Of a DNA stretch of 64,000 bases, positions 39,836 to 52,970 are shown piece by piece. Where the stretch lies: NCBI GenBank assembly GCA_951406725.2, contig OX597820.1, positions 21,576,001-21,640,000 on the forward strand, read 5' to 3'. This DNA comes from Octopus vulgaris (taxonomy: Eukaryota). The notes under the pieces are model-generated. The model was not told the origin of the DNA. It saw only the letters and a program-made list of their open reading frames with translations, and searched no databases. Each line of letters opens with the position of its first letter. Position 1 is the first letter of the stretch. Both the position numbers and the translations under genes were made by a program.

Positions 39836-40139
39836 ATTGTAGGTGGATGAAAGTGGCGAGAATGGTGTAGTTGGAAAAATGGAAAGGAAAAAAAAGCACC
39901 TGCCCCAAAAGTCAGGGTACCCATGTTTTTTTTATGGGGTTTTTCTATGAGCAGCCCTTAAACATCTCTTCCCTATTAAAGATTACACACTGTTGATTTC
40001 TTTCTTTTTTTTTTATTTTATTAGTCTTGTTTACATGCAAAACCCTGACAACAATACACACTCACACACATTCTTCATTTTGCCCTGTGCTGTCCATACT
40101 GTTTTTTCTGAATGTAAACCTTATGGTTAATAAAGAAAT

Positions 40140-40320
40140 CATTATTATCATCATTATAATAATAATGATGATGATAATAATAATAATGATAATAATAATA
40201 ATAATGATAATAATAATAATAATAATAGTAATAATAATAGTAATAATAATAATAATAATAGTAATAATAATAATAGTAATAATAATAGTAATAATAATAA
40301 TGATAATAGTAATAATAATA

Positions 40321-40351
<31 letters not shown>

Positions 40352-40373
40352 TAGTAATAATAATAATAATAAC
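40140..40373. repeat. (TAA)n microsatellite
   Basis: Direct. Confidence 0.97.
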
Positions 40374-41207
40374 AATGGAAAAAGAACGGTTCTTATAAAA
40401 GGAAATATTCCAAATTACATTTTTCTTTCCTGCTAAACTGATCGAAGTTAAATCAATCGTAATTAAAAGTAAAACGTCTTAATTTAAGATGAGGAATTGT
40501 GTTTAGTGGTGTTACAAAGTTTAGTTTATTGATAATCTAATTAAAATATATTCGGCTTCTTATTTTAAATGTATAACTAAATTTTAATTAACACGTTTTC
40601 AACATATTAAATTCCCAAAAAAAATTTTTACGCAAACATTTACATTAACATATATGTTAATGTAAGAAGTTTGAGAGAAAACATCAGCTTTAATCTTGCT
40701 GATTACAGGTAAGCAAATGTTTAAAATATGGGAAGGATAAAACGGAAGAAAAAAATAAATGTAAATTAAATTGTTAGAATAATGATTCAATTATTTTAAA
40801 GGATAGAACATTTCAAAGAAAATGTGCTTAAAAAATCTTTTATAAAGTAAAATTTCATTATAAGTTTTAATTATACATGGCATGTACCGGATTTAATTTC
40901 CTAATGAAGAGGATATGAAAATAAGGAAATAGAAAAAGAGCCGGATGGGTAATTGTGTATGTGCGTATATATACATATACATATATATATATATAATTAT
41001 ACATACACACATTATTATACATACATACATACATACATACATACACATCTATGTATATATATAAGTGAATAAAGAACAACAAACCAAAGCTAAGGCTGTT
41101 GGTAAAAGTTTAGTGAAAGTAATAAAAATATAGATCTTTTAAATTTTAAAAGGTTTTTAAGGAAAGGATAGGTAAAATCGGGGTAACTGAATATAAATCC
41201 TACCAAC

Positions 41208-41512
41208 CTCAGATTTGTAAAAAATTTCGAAGTGCAAACCAGAGTCCAAAGAACTAGAGAGTTCTGTTTTTGAGAGAGACTAAGTGTAGTGTGAGAGAGG
41301 TAATCACCGCGTAGCTCTTGTGAGAGAAGTCGAACTGGTGTACAGTGTCGTGACAGAGAGCTTTAAGCTGGTTTATTGCGTATAGGATTGTTAATCATGG
41401 TAGTTTGTGGTGCTGATGATGCTGGTGATAGTCGGAGTCTGAGATAGGCTGGAGTAGCAGAGGCTCTGCGGCTAAGTATTACCTTTCGGCAGGAAGATTT
41501 CTCTCACCCACC

Positions 41513-41550
<38 letters not shown>

Positions 41551-41700
41551 ATTTTCCCCTCTCACTGTTTCGCTATCTTTCTTCGTTTCTCTTCCCCTCT
41601 ATCACCCTTTCTCTCTCTGTCTCTCTCTCTTCTTTTCCCTTCCCACTCTCTCTTTCTCTTCAACTCTGTAAGTCAGCTGCTGCTGTACTTAAATTAAAGT
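41208..41700 (-). promoter_or_regulatory. Candidate core promoter and non-coding first exon (about 41336 to 41208) of the twitchin-like gene
   Basis: Repeat-free, relatively GC-rich block. On the minus strand: Inr-like CCAGTT (41338-41333), TATA-like CTTAAAG ~30 nt upstream (41367-41361), GA-rich tract and CAGCTG E-box (41674-41679) further upstream, ATG-free 129 nt, then donor-like GAG|GTTGGT at 41207. Motif inference only. Confidence 0.3.
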
Positions 41701-42461
41701 CAGCTAACTTTTCTTTAGGTGCTGATTTTGTTTCTTCGTTAAGATACGAGAACGAACATTTCTATTGCAGCACAGAGAAGCACCGTGGTAGAGTTAGTTA
41801 TCACCGTTATTTGGTAAAGTAACACAGAGAAAGAAAAAAAAAAACATACACAAAAAGAAAAGGTGATATATCTACATGCCAAAAAAAAAATGCTATAATA
41901 ATAATAAAAAAAACAAACTAAAATGATAAAAATGGTGGATTTGAAGATAACACACTGAAGAGAATATCTACGCTGAAGACATCAATAATGATAAAAGAAA
42001 ACAAACCATGAAAATGGAACCTCTATTTAGGAAGTACCTTACGTCTAAAGTATTCTTCATCCGTTCCTCTCTTACACCTTAACACAAACACACACAGGCA
42101 CACATCAGCGCAGACGTACTGTCAAAAGTATATAATCGCTGCTATCTCGCATTTATAGTTCCTTTTAATTTCCTTTATTTTAAGATTACTAATCGTAATA
42201 TATATTGTATGATTTAGGTATTTTGAGTTATAGAAATGATTTTCATATAGTATATTATCGTTAAATTAGTACCATTAACGAGCGGCGTTTTTTTTTTCTT
42301 TTTCTCTAAGCCGGTGTTGTTTTCACGTGAATTTCCTTCTTGTAAAGTTATTATAAGATTTCAGAAACGGCAAAATCGTAACCTAAAAAGTTATAGAAGG
42401 TACACATCAGAGCGCTCGTATGTTTTGTCTGTTTGTGTGTGCGTGTGTATACATATACATA

Positions 42462-42544
<83 letters not shown>

Positions 42545-42665
42545 ATAAAAAAGGTAAGACAACAAAAGAAAGAGACCTCGATATTTTGTAAATAGAGGAA
42601 TTTATCTGTAAATGTAAGGTGACAATTATCATGGCTACCGAATAATTGTTACATATTACATTTAC

Positions 42666-42712
<47 letters not shown>

Positions 42713-43302
42713 CTACATGTTCATTCTCTATTTCTATATTTACATTCACACATCGTGTTCATACAGATACACACACACAGACAAGCGCGCATCTACATAT
42801 ATGTGCGCTGCATGCAAACATATATATGCATATTTTTTTCATTATTTAAGTCAAGAAGTAAAGCAGTGCCTGTAACTCATTAAAGGTTTACAGAGAGTCA
42901 GAGTCTGGTGGAAGCGAAGAAGGAGGGTATCCTAAATCGGTGCCGCGTTCAAATGCTTGCAACAGAACGGACACCCCCAAAGGAACCCAAAGTGCCAGGT
43001 GAGAATGTTTTATCGAATTATGTACTTAGTCGACTATGAAAAAGGCTAAGATGAGAATTCTAATCAGAATTTAAAGACCCGGAAGAAATATTGCAGGGCA
43101 CCCAGTCCGGCATTCTTACAGTTCTGAACATTCAAAGTCTTGGATTGGAATTTTTTTAAGCCGACCGCAGTGAAATTTGAACTCAGATGCAGAGTGGAAA
43201 TATATGCTGCAAAATTTATTATACGCAGGCATACACACGTATATGCATATTTATGCCTATCTATACGTACATATATAGATATATATTCATGTACACATAC
43301 AT

Positions 43303-43348
<46 letters not shown>

Positions 43349-43429
43349 GTGTGTGTGTATATATATATGCAGATATAATATGCATGTATATACATACATG
43401 CATAAATACATATATACATACATACACAC

Positions 43430-43501
<72 letters not shown>

Positions 43502-43507
43502 TATTAT

Positions 43508-43711
43508 TCTTTTAGTTGTTTCAGTCATTTGACTGAGGCCATGCAGGAGCACTACCTTTAGTCGAACAAATCGATCCCAGCACTTGTTCTTTAGAAACCT
43601 AGTACTTATTCTATCGGACTCTTTTGCCGAACCGCTAAGTTACTAGAACGTAAACACACCAACACCGGTTGTCAAGCGATGGTGGGGGGATACACACAGA
43701 CACATAAACAT

Positions 43712-43744
<33 letters not shown>

Positions 43745-43854
43745 TGAAGGCACTTGCCCTATGTGCCATACAGTGGGACTGAACCCGGAACCAAGTGGTT
43801 GTTAAGCAAGCCACACAGCCACTCCTGCACCTATCACAGCCACTCCTGCGCCTA
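43508..43854 (-). mobile_element. SINE family A with internal deletion
   Basis: Tail and head present, middle segment missing; small duplication of cacagccactcctg. Confidence 0.8.
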
Positions 43855-43987
43855 TACATACATGCATAAATACATGTATGCTTGCATATCAACCTGTATA
43901 TTTACATACACACATACATACATATACATACATACATACATAAATACATACATACATACATACATACATACATACATACATACACAG

Positions 43988-44018
<31 letters not shown>

Positions 44019-44273
44019 CATACATACATACATAGACATTGTAATTCAATAAAGTAACGAGGTCATTCATTTACATAGTTGGACTCGTTCGAAGCTGAAT
44101 ATTTGCTACGGCATTACTCCGAGTTTCTACATTATGCTCTATCATTCAGTATAAACAATGCACGTTTCCTGTTTATCATAGGATATTTCTTGTCATACGG
44201 TCATCGAAAGTTCGCAAAAAATAACTGACCAGAGCCACCCTGACCTTCACTTGTAAATCTAATACTTGCTCTC

Positions 44274-44400
44274 TTCTACTCAAGGCACAAGGCCCCAAAT
44301 TTTGATGGAGGGGGGGAGTCGATTGCATCGACTCCAGTACGTAACTGGTACTTGATTTACCGACCCCGAAAGGATGAAAGGCAAAGTCGACCTCGGCGCA
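44274..44400 (-). mobile_element. 5'-truncated SINE family B with 20 bp TSD
   Basis: taaatctaatacttgctctc (44254-44273) / taaatctaatacttgttctc (44401-44420). Confidence 0.85.
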
Positions 44401-44535
44401 TAAATCTAATACTTGTTCTCGACAGCAAGAACTAAGATAATAAGAATGAAGTTTTGCAGATCTAAAACTTGCCGATCCCAGAATAATTTGAAAATTATTC
44501 AAGCAAATACTTAGACACACAAATATACTTATAAC

Positions 44536-44581
<46 letters not shown>

Positions 44582-44967
44582 GTATGTGTGTGTTTCTTAT
44601 TCTCCCACCTCCACGACCATTTGACACCTTGTGTCGGTTTACTTATTTCCCCGTAACTTAGCGGTTCGGTACGAAGCGGATGATAAAATATGTACTGGAA
44701 TTTTATCCACCTACATACATACATACATACGGTGCTCTAGCATGGCGGCAGTCAAATGGCTGAAAGAATAAATTTTCTTTAAAGCGTTTTATTACATTTA
44801 AATTTCTATCTTACAATTAACTAAATTAGCATAGAATAATGGATTCATATATTTTTATAATTAAGATCTAAACTGTTAATATATGAATGCAAAAGCGATA
44901 GTTGAATAACTGTAAACCTACTTTTGGGCCACCCTGTATATGTATGTATGTATATTTACAGAGATTA

Positions 44968-44976
44968 CATAGATGA

Positions 44977-45035
<59 letters not shown>

Positions 45036-45036
45036 T

Positions 45037-45121
<85 letters not shown>

Positions 45122-45150
45122 CAGACAGATAGACAGACAGACAGACAGAC

Positions 45151-45191
<41 letters not shown>

Positions 45192-45230
45192 CACATACAT
45201 ACGTACATACATACATACATACATGCATAC
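44968..45230. repeat. (GATA)/(GACA)/(TACA) compound microsatellite
   Basis: Direct. Confidence 0.97.
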
Positions 45231-45672
45231 ATAGGCACACAAATACATATATAACTTCATTAACATTTCCGTTCATATGCATGAATACCCAATTATCTAG
45301 ACAATTGCTTACTCTGTTGTACACTTTCGTATTCTCGCAGACATAGATAGGAAAGAATATAATGGAACATATATTTTGGCTATATATAATATTTTTCTGA
45401 CAGCTCATTGTCAGACGTTTTTATATTCATATCTGCATCAAGAAGTGGCGCAACTGTTTTGGAGATGGTTAATGCATTACAAACAGAGAAGAAATAATAA
45501 TAAAAAAAAGGATATCAAAAATTAAAACAATAGAATAAAACAAAAAATAATCTGCTGATATGAAGTAAGAAATAGAAAAGCGGTGAGTCGTTGGAAAGCT
45601 TTGGACGAACAGAGAAACGATGGTTGATTGATTGTACGTCTGTGTAGCTGACTCTCCTCTTTCTACCTTTCT

Positions 45673-45730
<58 letters not shown>

Positions 45731-45738
45731 ACACACAC

Positions 45739-45801
<63 letters not shown>

Positions 45802-45913
45802 TACACATTATCAATTTAGCTTGTTCCAGTTATTAGACTGCGGCTATGCTGGGACAACGCCTTGAAGGATGTGGTCCAACAAATTGACCTTAGCACATAG
45901 TTTGTATAAGATT

Positions 45914-46057
45914 CTTTCCTATTCTATGCACAAGGCCTGATATTTTGGGGAGGGGCGGGCAGTCGATTAGATCGACCCCAGTATGCAACTGGTACTTAAT
46001 TTATCGACCTCGAAAGGATGAAAAGCAAAGTCGACCTAGGCGGAATTTGAACACAGA
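45914..46057 (-). mobile_element. Truncated SINE family B inserted into a decayed family A copy, 19 bp perfect TSD
   Basis: acatagtttgtataagatt at 45895-45913 and 46058-46076; decayed family A sequence on both sides (45815-45895, 46077-46140). Confidence 0.82.
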
Positions 46058-46156
46058 ACATAGTTTGTATAAGATTGTACTTACTTTGTCGGTGCCCTTT
46101 TGCTGACCTGCTAGCCTATGGGGACGTAAACAAACCAACAAATTTATTTATGTATA

Positions 46157-46958
46157 TACGAGGGGATCCTAAAATGTTCTTGGCTTTAAGGTATCACAAA
46201 AGGCCCGGTTGGAGGCCCAACTTTCTGAGTTCATTTACGGGGCTTAGTAAAACAAAAGGACCACAGCAATAAGTGAGGGAAATATGTTGCATAAAATTAT
46301 AAGTAACTAATCCTTCATCTTCCTTGGCTCCAAAAAAAATCGAGATGATGACTGCACTCCAGAAATAAGACGGCGGATAGTACTAGGCAGAGAGGCAATG
46401 GTCAGCATGAGCAGGGTCTAGAAGAGTAGAGACACCAGACTCGCTACCAAATGCAGATTGGTGAATGCAATTGTTTTCCCAATAGCAACATATGGATGCG
46501 AGACCTGGACACTAAAGAAAGCTGACCAGAAGAGAATTAATGCATTCGAGCTTTGGTGTTGGAGAAGACTCTTGCGGATTCCATGGACAGCGAGACTCAC
46601 CAATGGAGAAGTCCTCAAGCAGATAAGGCCGAAAATGTCGCTAGAAGCTGGGATCACCAAGCGTAGATTGGCATATTTCGGTCATATTATGCGGAGAAAA
46701 TCCCTGGAGAAGGACATCATGCTCGAAATGGTCAGTGGCAAGAGAGGAAGAGGCCGACCAAGAACCCGCTGGCTTGACACCATCAGGAGTGATACCGGAA
46801 TGGTCATGGCCAATCTGAAGGAAGCGGCCCAGGATAGAACTGACTGGAGGACACTGATCCAACGAGTGACCGAGAGTCGACTTCGACTGAGCGGATAGAG
46901 AGAGAATCCTTCTACATTTTCTTTTACCTAAAGCCAAGAACTTTTCATCATCCCCCCG
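46157..46958. mobile_element. Mariner-derived MITE interrupted by the BovB-like LINE
   Basis: Left end ta-cgaggggatcctaaaatgttcttggcttt; right end reverse complement cggggggatgatgaaaagttcttggcttt; internal gagggaaatatgttgcataaa resembles the transposase GEYVE* terminus. Confidence 0.75.
46314..46904 (+). mobile_element. 5'-truncated RTE-BovB-like LINE (3' end of RT ORF), (GA)n tail, 8 bp TSD
   Basis: FIFLGSK..DDDCTPEIRRRIVLGR...TKCRLVNAIVFPIATYGCETWTLKKAD...AFELWCWRRLLRIPWTAR...YFGHIMRR..LEK..ML..VSGKRGRGRPRTRWLD is colinear with the BovB RT C-terminus; one in-frame stop; aatccttc at 46309-46316 and 46905-46912. Confidence 0.92.
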
Positions 46959-47097
46959 TGTGTGTGTGTATATATATACTATATATATGTATGTATATGT
47001 GTGTGTGTGTGTGTGTGTGTAGATAGATAGACTGATATACATATACATCATATATGTAAGCATATATATACATACATACAAATATATGTGTATATAG

Positions 47098-47488
47098 GGG
47101 CAGGAGTGGCTGTGTGGTAAGTATCTTGCTTACCAACCACATGGTTCCGGGTTCAGTCCCACTGAGTGGCACCTTGGGCAAGTGTCTTCTACTATAGCCT
47201 CGGGCCGACCAAAGCCTTGTGAATGGATTTGGTAGACGGAAACGGAAAGAAGCCTGTCGTATATATGTATATATGTGTGTTTGAGTTGTGTGTCTGTGTT
47301 TATCCCTCCAACATCACTTGACAACCGATGCTGGTGTGTTTACGTCCCTGTAACTTAGCGGTTCGGCAAAAGAGACCGATAGAATAAGTACTAGGCTTAC
47401 AAAGAATAAATCCTGGGATCGATTTGCTCGAGTAAAAGGCGGTGCTCCAGCATGGCCGCAGTCAAATGACTGAAACAAGTAAAAGAGT

Positions 47489-47492
<4 letters not shown>
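47098..47492 (+). mobile_element. SINE family A, full length
   Basis: Head gcaggagtggctgtgtggtaag to tail aaacaagtaaaagagtaaagag. Confidence 0.9.
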
Positions 47493-47567
<75 letters not shown>

Positions 47568-47749
47568 TACAAGAAGATACATACAAGAAAAGTTTGTAAC
47601 AGGCAGCATAGAAAACCAAGGAAAAGAGAGAAAACGAGAGAGGGGGAGAGAGAGAGAAGGTGACGAGGGAAAGAGAAAGAAACGAAGGAGAGTGTAAAAC
47701 AGTTAGAAGAGATAATAGTGACAACAAGGATATTAATTATTATTAAATA

Positions 47750-47818
47750 ACGACGATGACAGTGACGACGACGACGACGATGATGATGATGATAATGATG
47801 ATGATGATGATGATGGTG

Positions 47819-47915
<97 letters not shown>

Positions 47916-47960
47916 TCATCATCATCAACAACAACAACATCATGATGATCATGATCATGT
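47750..47960. repeat. (GAC)/(GAT)n followed by (CAT)n trinucleotide tract
   Basis: Direct. Confidence 0.95.
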
Positions 47961-48310
47961 TTAATTTTTTTTTTTTCCTCTTCGGCACGAGGCCAATTTT
48001 GGTAGGAATGAAGCATAGTCGATTTTTACCGAACACCGAAGGATGGAAGGGAAGAAAAACGAGAAGAAAGAAAACGTGGTCGGGGTGGTGGGGAAGTAGA
48101 GAAGGCTCTCAGTAAGCGGAGAAGGCTTTAAGGTAGTAAAGCATTTATTAGGTACGGAAGAATATTAGAGACACCAACAATTACAACAATTAAAAGAAGC
48201 CCAAAGGAACGAAACATGATTGGAAGGGCCATAGTTAAGAGGTTTAAGAAGTTCGCTTTGCAATGTCGTGGCGTCAGGTTTAGTCCTGTTTAACTGCGCG
48301 GCACTTTGAG

Positions 48311-48665
48311 CAAGTGTTTGCGAGGCACATTGGACCAAGTGTTTGCGAAGCACATTGGACCAAGTGTTTGAGAGGCACATTGGACCAAGTGTTTGCGAGG
48401 TACATTGGACCAAGTGTTTGCGAGGCACATTGGACCAAGTGTTTGCGAGGAACCTTGGACCAAGTGTTTGCGAGGAACCTTGGACCAAGTGTTTGCGAGG
48501 CACTTTGGACCAAGTGTTTGCGAGGCACATTGGACCAAGTGTTTGCGAGGCACATTGGACCAAGTGTTTGCGAGGAACATTGGACCAAGTGTTTGCGAGG
48601 CACATTGGACCAAGTGTTTGCGAGGCACGTTGGACTAAGTGTTTGCGAGGCATCTTGGACCAAGT
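48311..48665. repeat. 25 bp minisatellite, 14 full units (caagtgtttgcgaggcacattggac)
   Basis: Exact 25 bp period from 48311 to 48661, no spacers. Confidence 0.97.
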
Positions 48666-49583
48666 ATTTTATGATGTATGATTCTTTATTCTAGGTATTG
48701 CTATTTAGTGATAAATAAAAAGCTTGAAATAAGTCATGGACATTGTCCATAAACGTTTCCAGGATCTCCGAGACAGGTGGGAGAAACAGTGGGGAAAGCC
48801 CAAGTGTTCAGGCTTAGCGGTGTTGCAGCACAGTAGTTCAGACTTAAAATAAAACCCACAACACCTGAAGATAACCTCCTACCCTTAATTAACTAGTCAG
48901 CATTTATCCAACACAGCAAGACCTATATTTATCCTCGTTTATCACGAGTGCTTGGTTCCAAAATCACCGCGGTAAATGAATCAGTGATAAATGAATAATA
49001 GAAGATATGGGGGGAAATAATTTACGTTTCGAGACCCCAAGTTGTCCTGAGACTGTGGATGGTCGCTGGGGCGCGCTTTTGCAATCCAAGCAGAATCTTT
49101 GACTGATTGTCGACCCGTTTTATTACAGATCAATTTTTGATAAGCGTAACACGTAACAGTTAAGTATACCGTGTTATCCTGGATCAGTGTTGAGTGACTC
49201 AGTGATAAAATAGATGCATAGAATGCTTAGAACCGCGAAAAATATCTCCTCACATTATATAAACATCTAGCTCATGCGCCTGCTAAACTGCTGACGATCA
49301 TTTTCTTTTCTTACGAAGGGGGTCCAACACTAATTACTAAAACAGTTTTTGCCTTCCTCCCCAGAACGTTAAACCTACGGAATTCCAATCCCACCTATGT
49401 TTTTTCTCGCAGTTATTGACTAACAAAATTTCAAGCTAAGCATCAATCTTTCCAGAGTCACAGAGTATGCACATGTCATAACTACAAAGAAGACAAAAGC
49501 ACCTGAAATTAACTCTACGTCCTCTGAAAGAGAAATAGCAAAAGAACCAATATTTCTACGATTAGAACTAAAAGTAAAAGGAT

Positions 49584-50002
49584 AAGGCAGCGAGCTAGCA
49601 GAAACGTTAGCACGCCGGGCGAAATGCGTAGCCGTATTTCGTCTGCCGTTACGTTCTGAGTTTAAATTCCGCCGAAGTCCACTTTGCCTTTCATCCTTTC
49701 GGGGTCGATTAAATAAGTACCAGTTACGCACTGGGTTCGATATAATCGACTTAATCCGTTTGTCTGTCCTTGTTTGTCCTCTCTGTGTTTAGCCCCTTGT
49801 GGGCAGTAAAGAAAAAGGTATTTCATCTGACGTTACGTTCTGAGTTTAAATTCCGCCGAGGTCGACTTTGCCTTTCATCCTTTCGAGGTCGATTAGATAA
49901 GTACCAGTTACGCACTGGGTTCGATATAATCGACTTAATCCGTTTTTTCTGTCCTTGTTTGTCCTCTCTGTGTTTAGCCCCTTGTGGGTAGTAAAGAAAT
50001 AG
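49584..50002 (+). mobile_element. Dimeric SINE family B within a single 14 bp TSD
   Basis: tagaactaaaagta at 49563-49576 and 50000-50013; second monomer starts at gtatttc (49818). Confidence 0.88.
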
Positions 50003-51269
50003 AACTAAAAGTATAAGAACAGCAGAGAGGGGAACAGAGATTGTTGAGAAGCAGAAAACAGCAAGAGGGAAAATAATCTTGGCGAGAGCTTTTAAACTCT
50101 AGACAAAATGCATGTTGCTCCTATTTCCCTTATTGTTAGTATCTGCTATTTCTCTTTGTTTCAGCATCTCATTACAGCTTGACTGTTTGTTGCTTAGAAG
50201 TAATACATCAGACTGGCTTATTTACTGCTGCTGTCTCTAACATCCTCAATCATACCTCAGAAGAAATTTCCATTTCCTTCCTTCCTTACATATCTCTGCT
50301 AGGTCTACATCAGCAGCAATTTTATACTCAGTCGTTTTTCTTATTTTGGACTTACACCTAACAGCTCATCACGAAGTACTTACTCACACGCATACGAAAA
50401 TAACCTACAAGAAATACTATTTATATTTTTGTCAGGAACAGAAGACAGTTGATATGTGATATGCTACGTTCAAATTGATGTATCATGAGTATCGAATTAA
50501 TTAGCTTTGTGATACCAAAAATATAACCATAATATAATCAAGCAAACGTAAGAGAAATTCTTATTAAATACAATTATACCAAACTGTTATTATTAATTGC
50601 TGAATACATGTAGAATTGCATATTATGCTCCCACTGGTTTATGCATTAATAAGACTCATTTAATATTTTGTCTGGCAGAAAATTACATTAAGCATATTTA
50701 GTATATAAATTAGATGATTTGCTTATCAAACAAATGGGTTTAACCTAAGTGGTCGCTTGGAATTTATGACTTTTAAACTACTTGCATGAGAAAGATGTTT
50801 GTCTTATAAGCAGATTTTATGTAGCAAAAGTAAATTGATCTATTGAAAATACTGCTAATGATGATGTGAACGAGTACAGTCAGACGTCACTCGTGAGCGA
50901 GTATCGGTTGGTAATATGCGCCATGCTTTCGCTAGATGTTTTACGTACATTTGTATTCACTCACAATCGTACGTAAAAACTTTCTCGAAACTTTCACTCG
51001 TGACCCAGCGAGACACCTAGGATGTGACAGTTGGAGGGATAGGTGGATGTTACTCGGCTGGTATCCGTTGTAGTTGAGTAACCTGGAGTAACGTGAAATG
51101 AATTAGTTCTTGCCCAAGAACTAGTTTTTGCCGCTCTAGGCATGCAAATATTTTCCATCATCCTGATTTGATTTGCATGGTATGGATCGACCGAAAGCTA
51201 TAAGAAATGACATTTGCTAGAGAAGCTCATCGTATTTACATATACATACACACACACACACACACACAT

Positions 51270-51327
<58 letters not shown>

Positions 51328-51329
<2 letters not shown>

Positions 51330-51760
51330 TGCCCACTATCTTCCTAAAGACAAAACGTGCTTATACTGTCTCCTTTCATAAGCTCGTCTTCCTAGCGTTC
51401 ATAATAACTTTTCTATCGTCTTGGCTTAACAGCCCTCACCCTTTGTTTTTACTGTTTTGTTCTCATTGCCCTGTTCTTGTTACCACTTTCACCGTCCGCA
51501 AAAATCCCAAATTTTATTTAATTTGCTTTGCGGGAAGGACTGTTTCAAGGAAGTCGCGTATTGTCCTTGACTTCGAAAACGCGGAGTAGATGAAACAGGG
51601 ACAACTGATGAAGGGGAATATTATTTATGTTGCATGTCTCGTTTCTCTGTTTTTTCGTTGTTCCAAAAACATTTCGTTTCTATGTTTTTGTTTTTATGTT
51701 TTCGTTTCTTATTGTGCTCTACGTTTCTTTTATGTCCTGTACCCATATATGCATGTATAT
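51328..51760 (+). mobile_element. Probable non-autonomous Penelope-derived element embedded in (TA)n
   Basis: T-rich body flanked on both sides by long (TA)n; contains actgatgaagggg, typical of Penelope terminal repeats. Confidence 0.45.
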
Positions 51761-51821
51761 ATACATATATATATGTAGGTATGTACATATATGTATGTAT
51801 ATATGCATATATATATATATA

Positions 51822-51877
<56 letters not shown>

Positions 51878-52035
51878 AACAACATGAAGGTGATTTTTAT
51901 TTTCTACAGCTGTTTCACTACTAACAAATGATACTTAATTATCATTTTACTTTACTATGAAGCCAATGTTATAGTACCCAGCCACTCTTGACATCCTACG
52001 TGTTGCTGTGACTAGATTCTAATGAATCCTGTATT

Positions 52036-52067
<32 letters not shown>

Positions 52068-52714
52068 ATCACAGACACAAACACATATGTATGTGTCTGT
52101 GTTTCTGTTTGACTCCCACACACGCTTGACTATGGATGTTATGTTCTTGTATATTTTCAGTTGGCAAAAGAGAAGACAGAATATGTACCTGGTTTCAAAA
52201 TAAGAATCGGGGGCGATGTGTTCGACTTATCACTTCCAGGCGGTGCCACAACATGGCCGCAGAACAATGACTGAAAGAGGTTAACGATAACCGATACAAA
52301 TGAACATATGTATGTGTGCGCGTGCGCATGTGTATGAGAACTGCTTTAAATACACACCACTTTCAACTCTTCCGTCTTTGATCTAATTATAATGACTCTA
52401 GATGCAACCATTTTTAATAGAAATTAATATTTAAAGCAAAGTCAGTCTGACATTTCACGCAATATAACGTAGTAAACGAATTAATTAGATAATTATCAAA
52501 TTAGCAGGATTTCCCTTTGAATTCAAAACCTACCGCAAATTAAATTTGTAACTAAAAAGAAAAACATTCAATTTCTTATTTATATGAATAAGAATAAAAG
52601 CATAAGTAAGTCGTACACAAGTACTTATCTATAATTTATACATTTATGTAAGACTATAAATATGTTAGATTATATGTAAGCACTCCCTTACATACATACA
52701 GGGAGAGGTGTGCA

Positions 52715-52791
52715 CATACATGTATATATACACAAACACACACACATACATACATACATACATACATACATACATACATACATGCATACAT

Positions 52792-52828
<37 letters not shown>

Positions 52829-52888
52829 CATACATACATATATACATACGTACATACATACATACATACATACATACACACACATACA

Positions 52889-52922
<34 letters not shown>

Positions 52923-52970
52923 CATACATATGTATACACACTCATACATGTATGTATATATATATGTATA
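52715..52970. repeat. (TACA)/(TA) compound microsatellite
   Basis: Direct. Confidence 0.95.

Noticed and set aside
44908-44938. Tc1/mariner element from the TIR-like aactgtaaacctacttttgggccaccctgta
   Set aside because: Only a solo end; no partner TIR seen, so not annotated as an element
48311-48665. CRISPR array
   Set aside because: Units are contiguous with no unique spacers, there are no cas genes, the context is eukaryotic and the unit derives from a SINE
48165-48694. Six overlapping repetitive ORFs
   Set aside because: By-product of a stop-poor 25 bp repeat; period is not a multiple of 3
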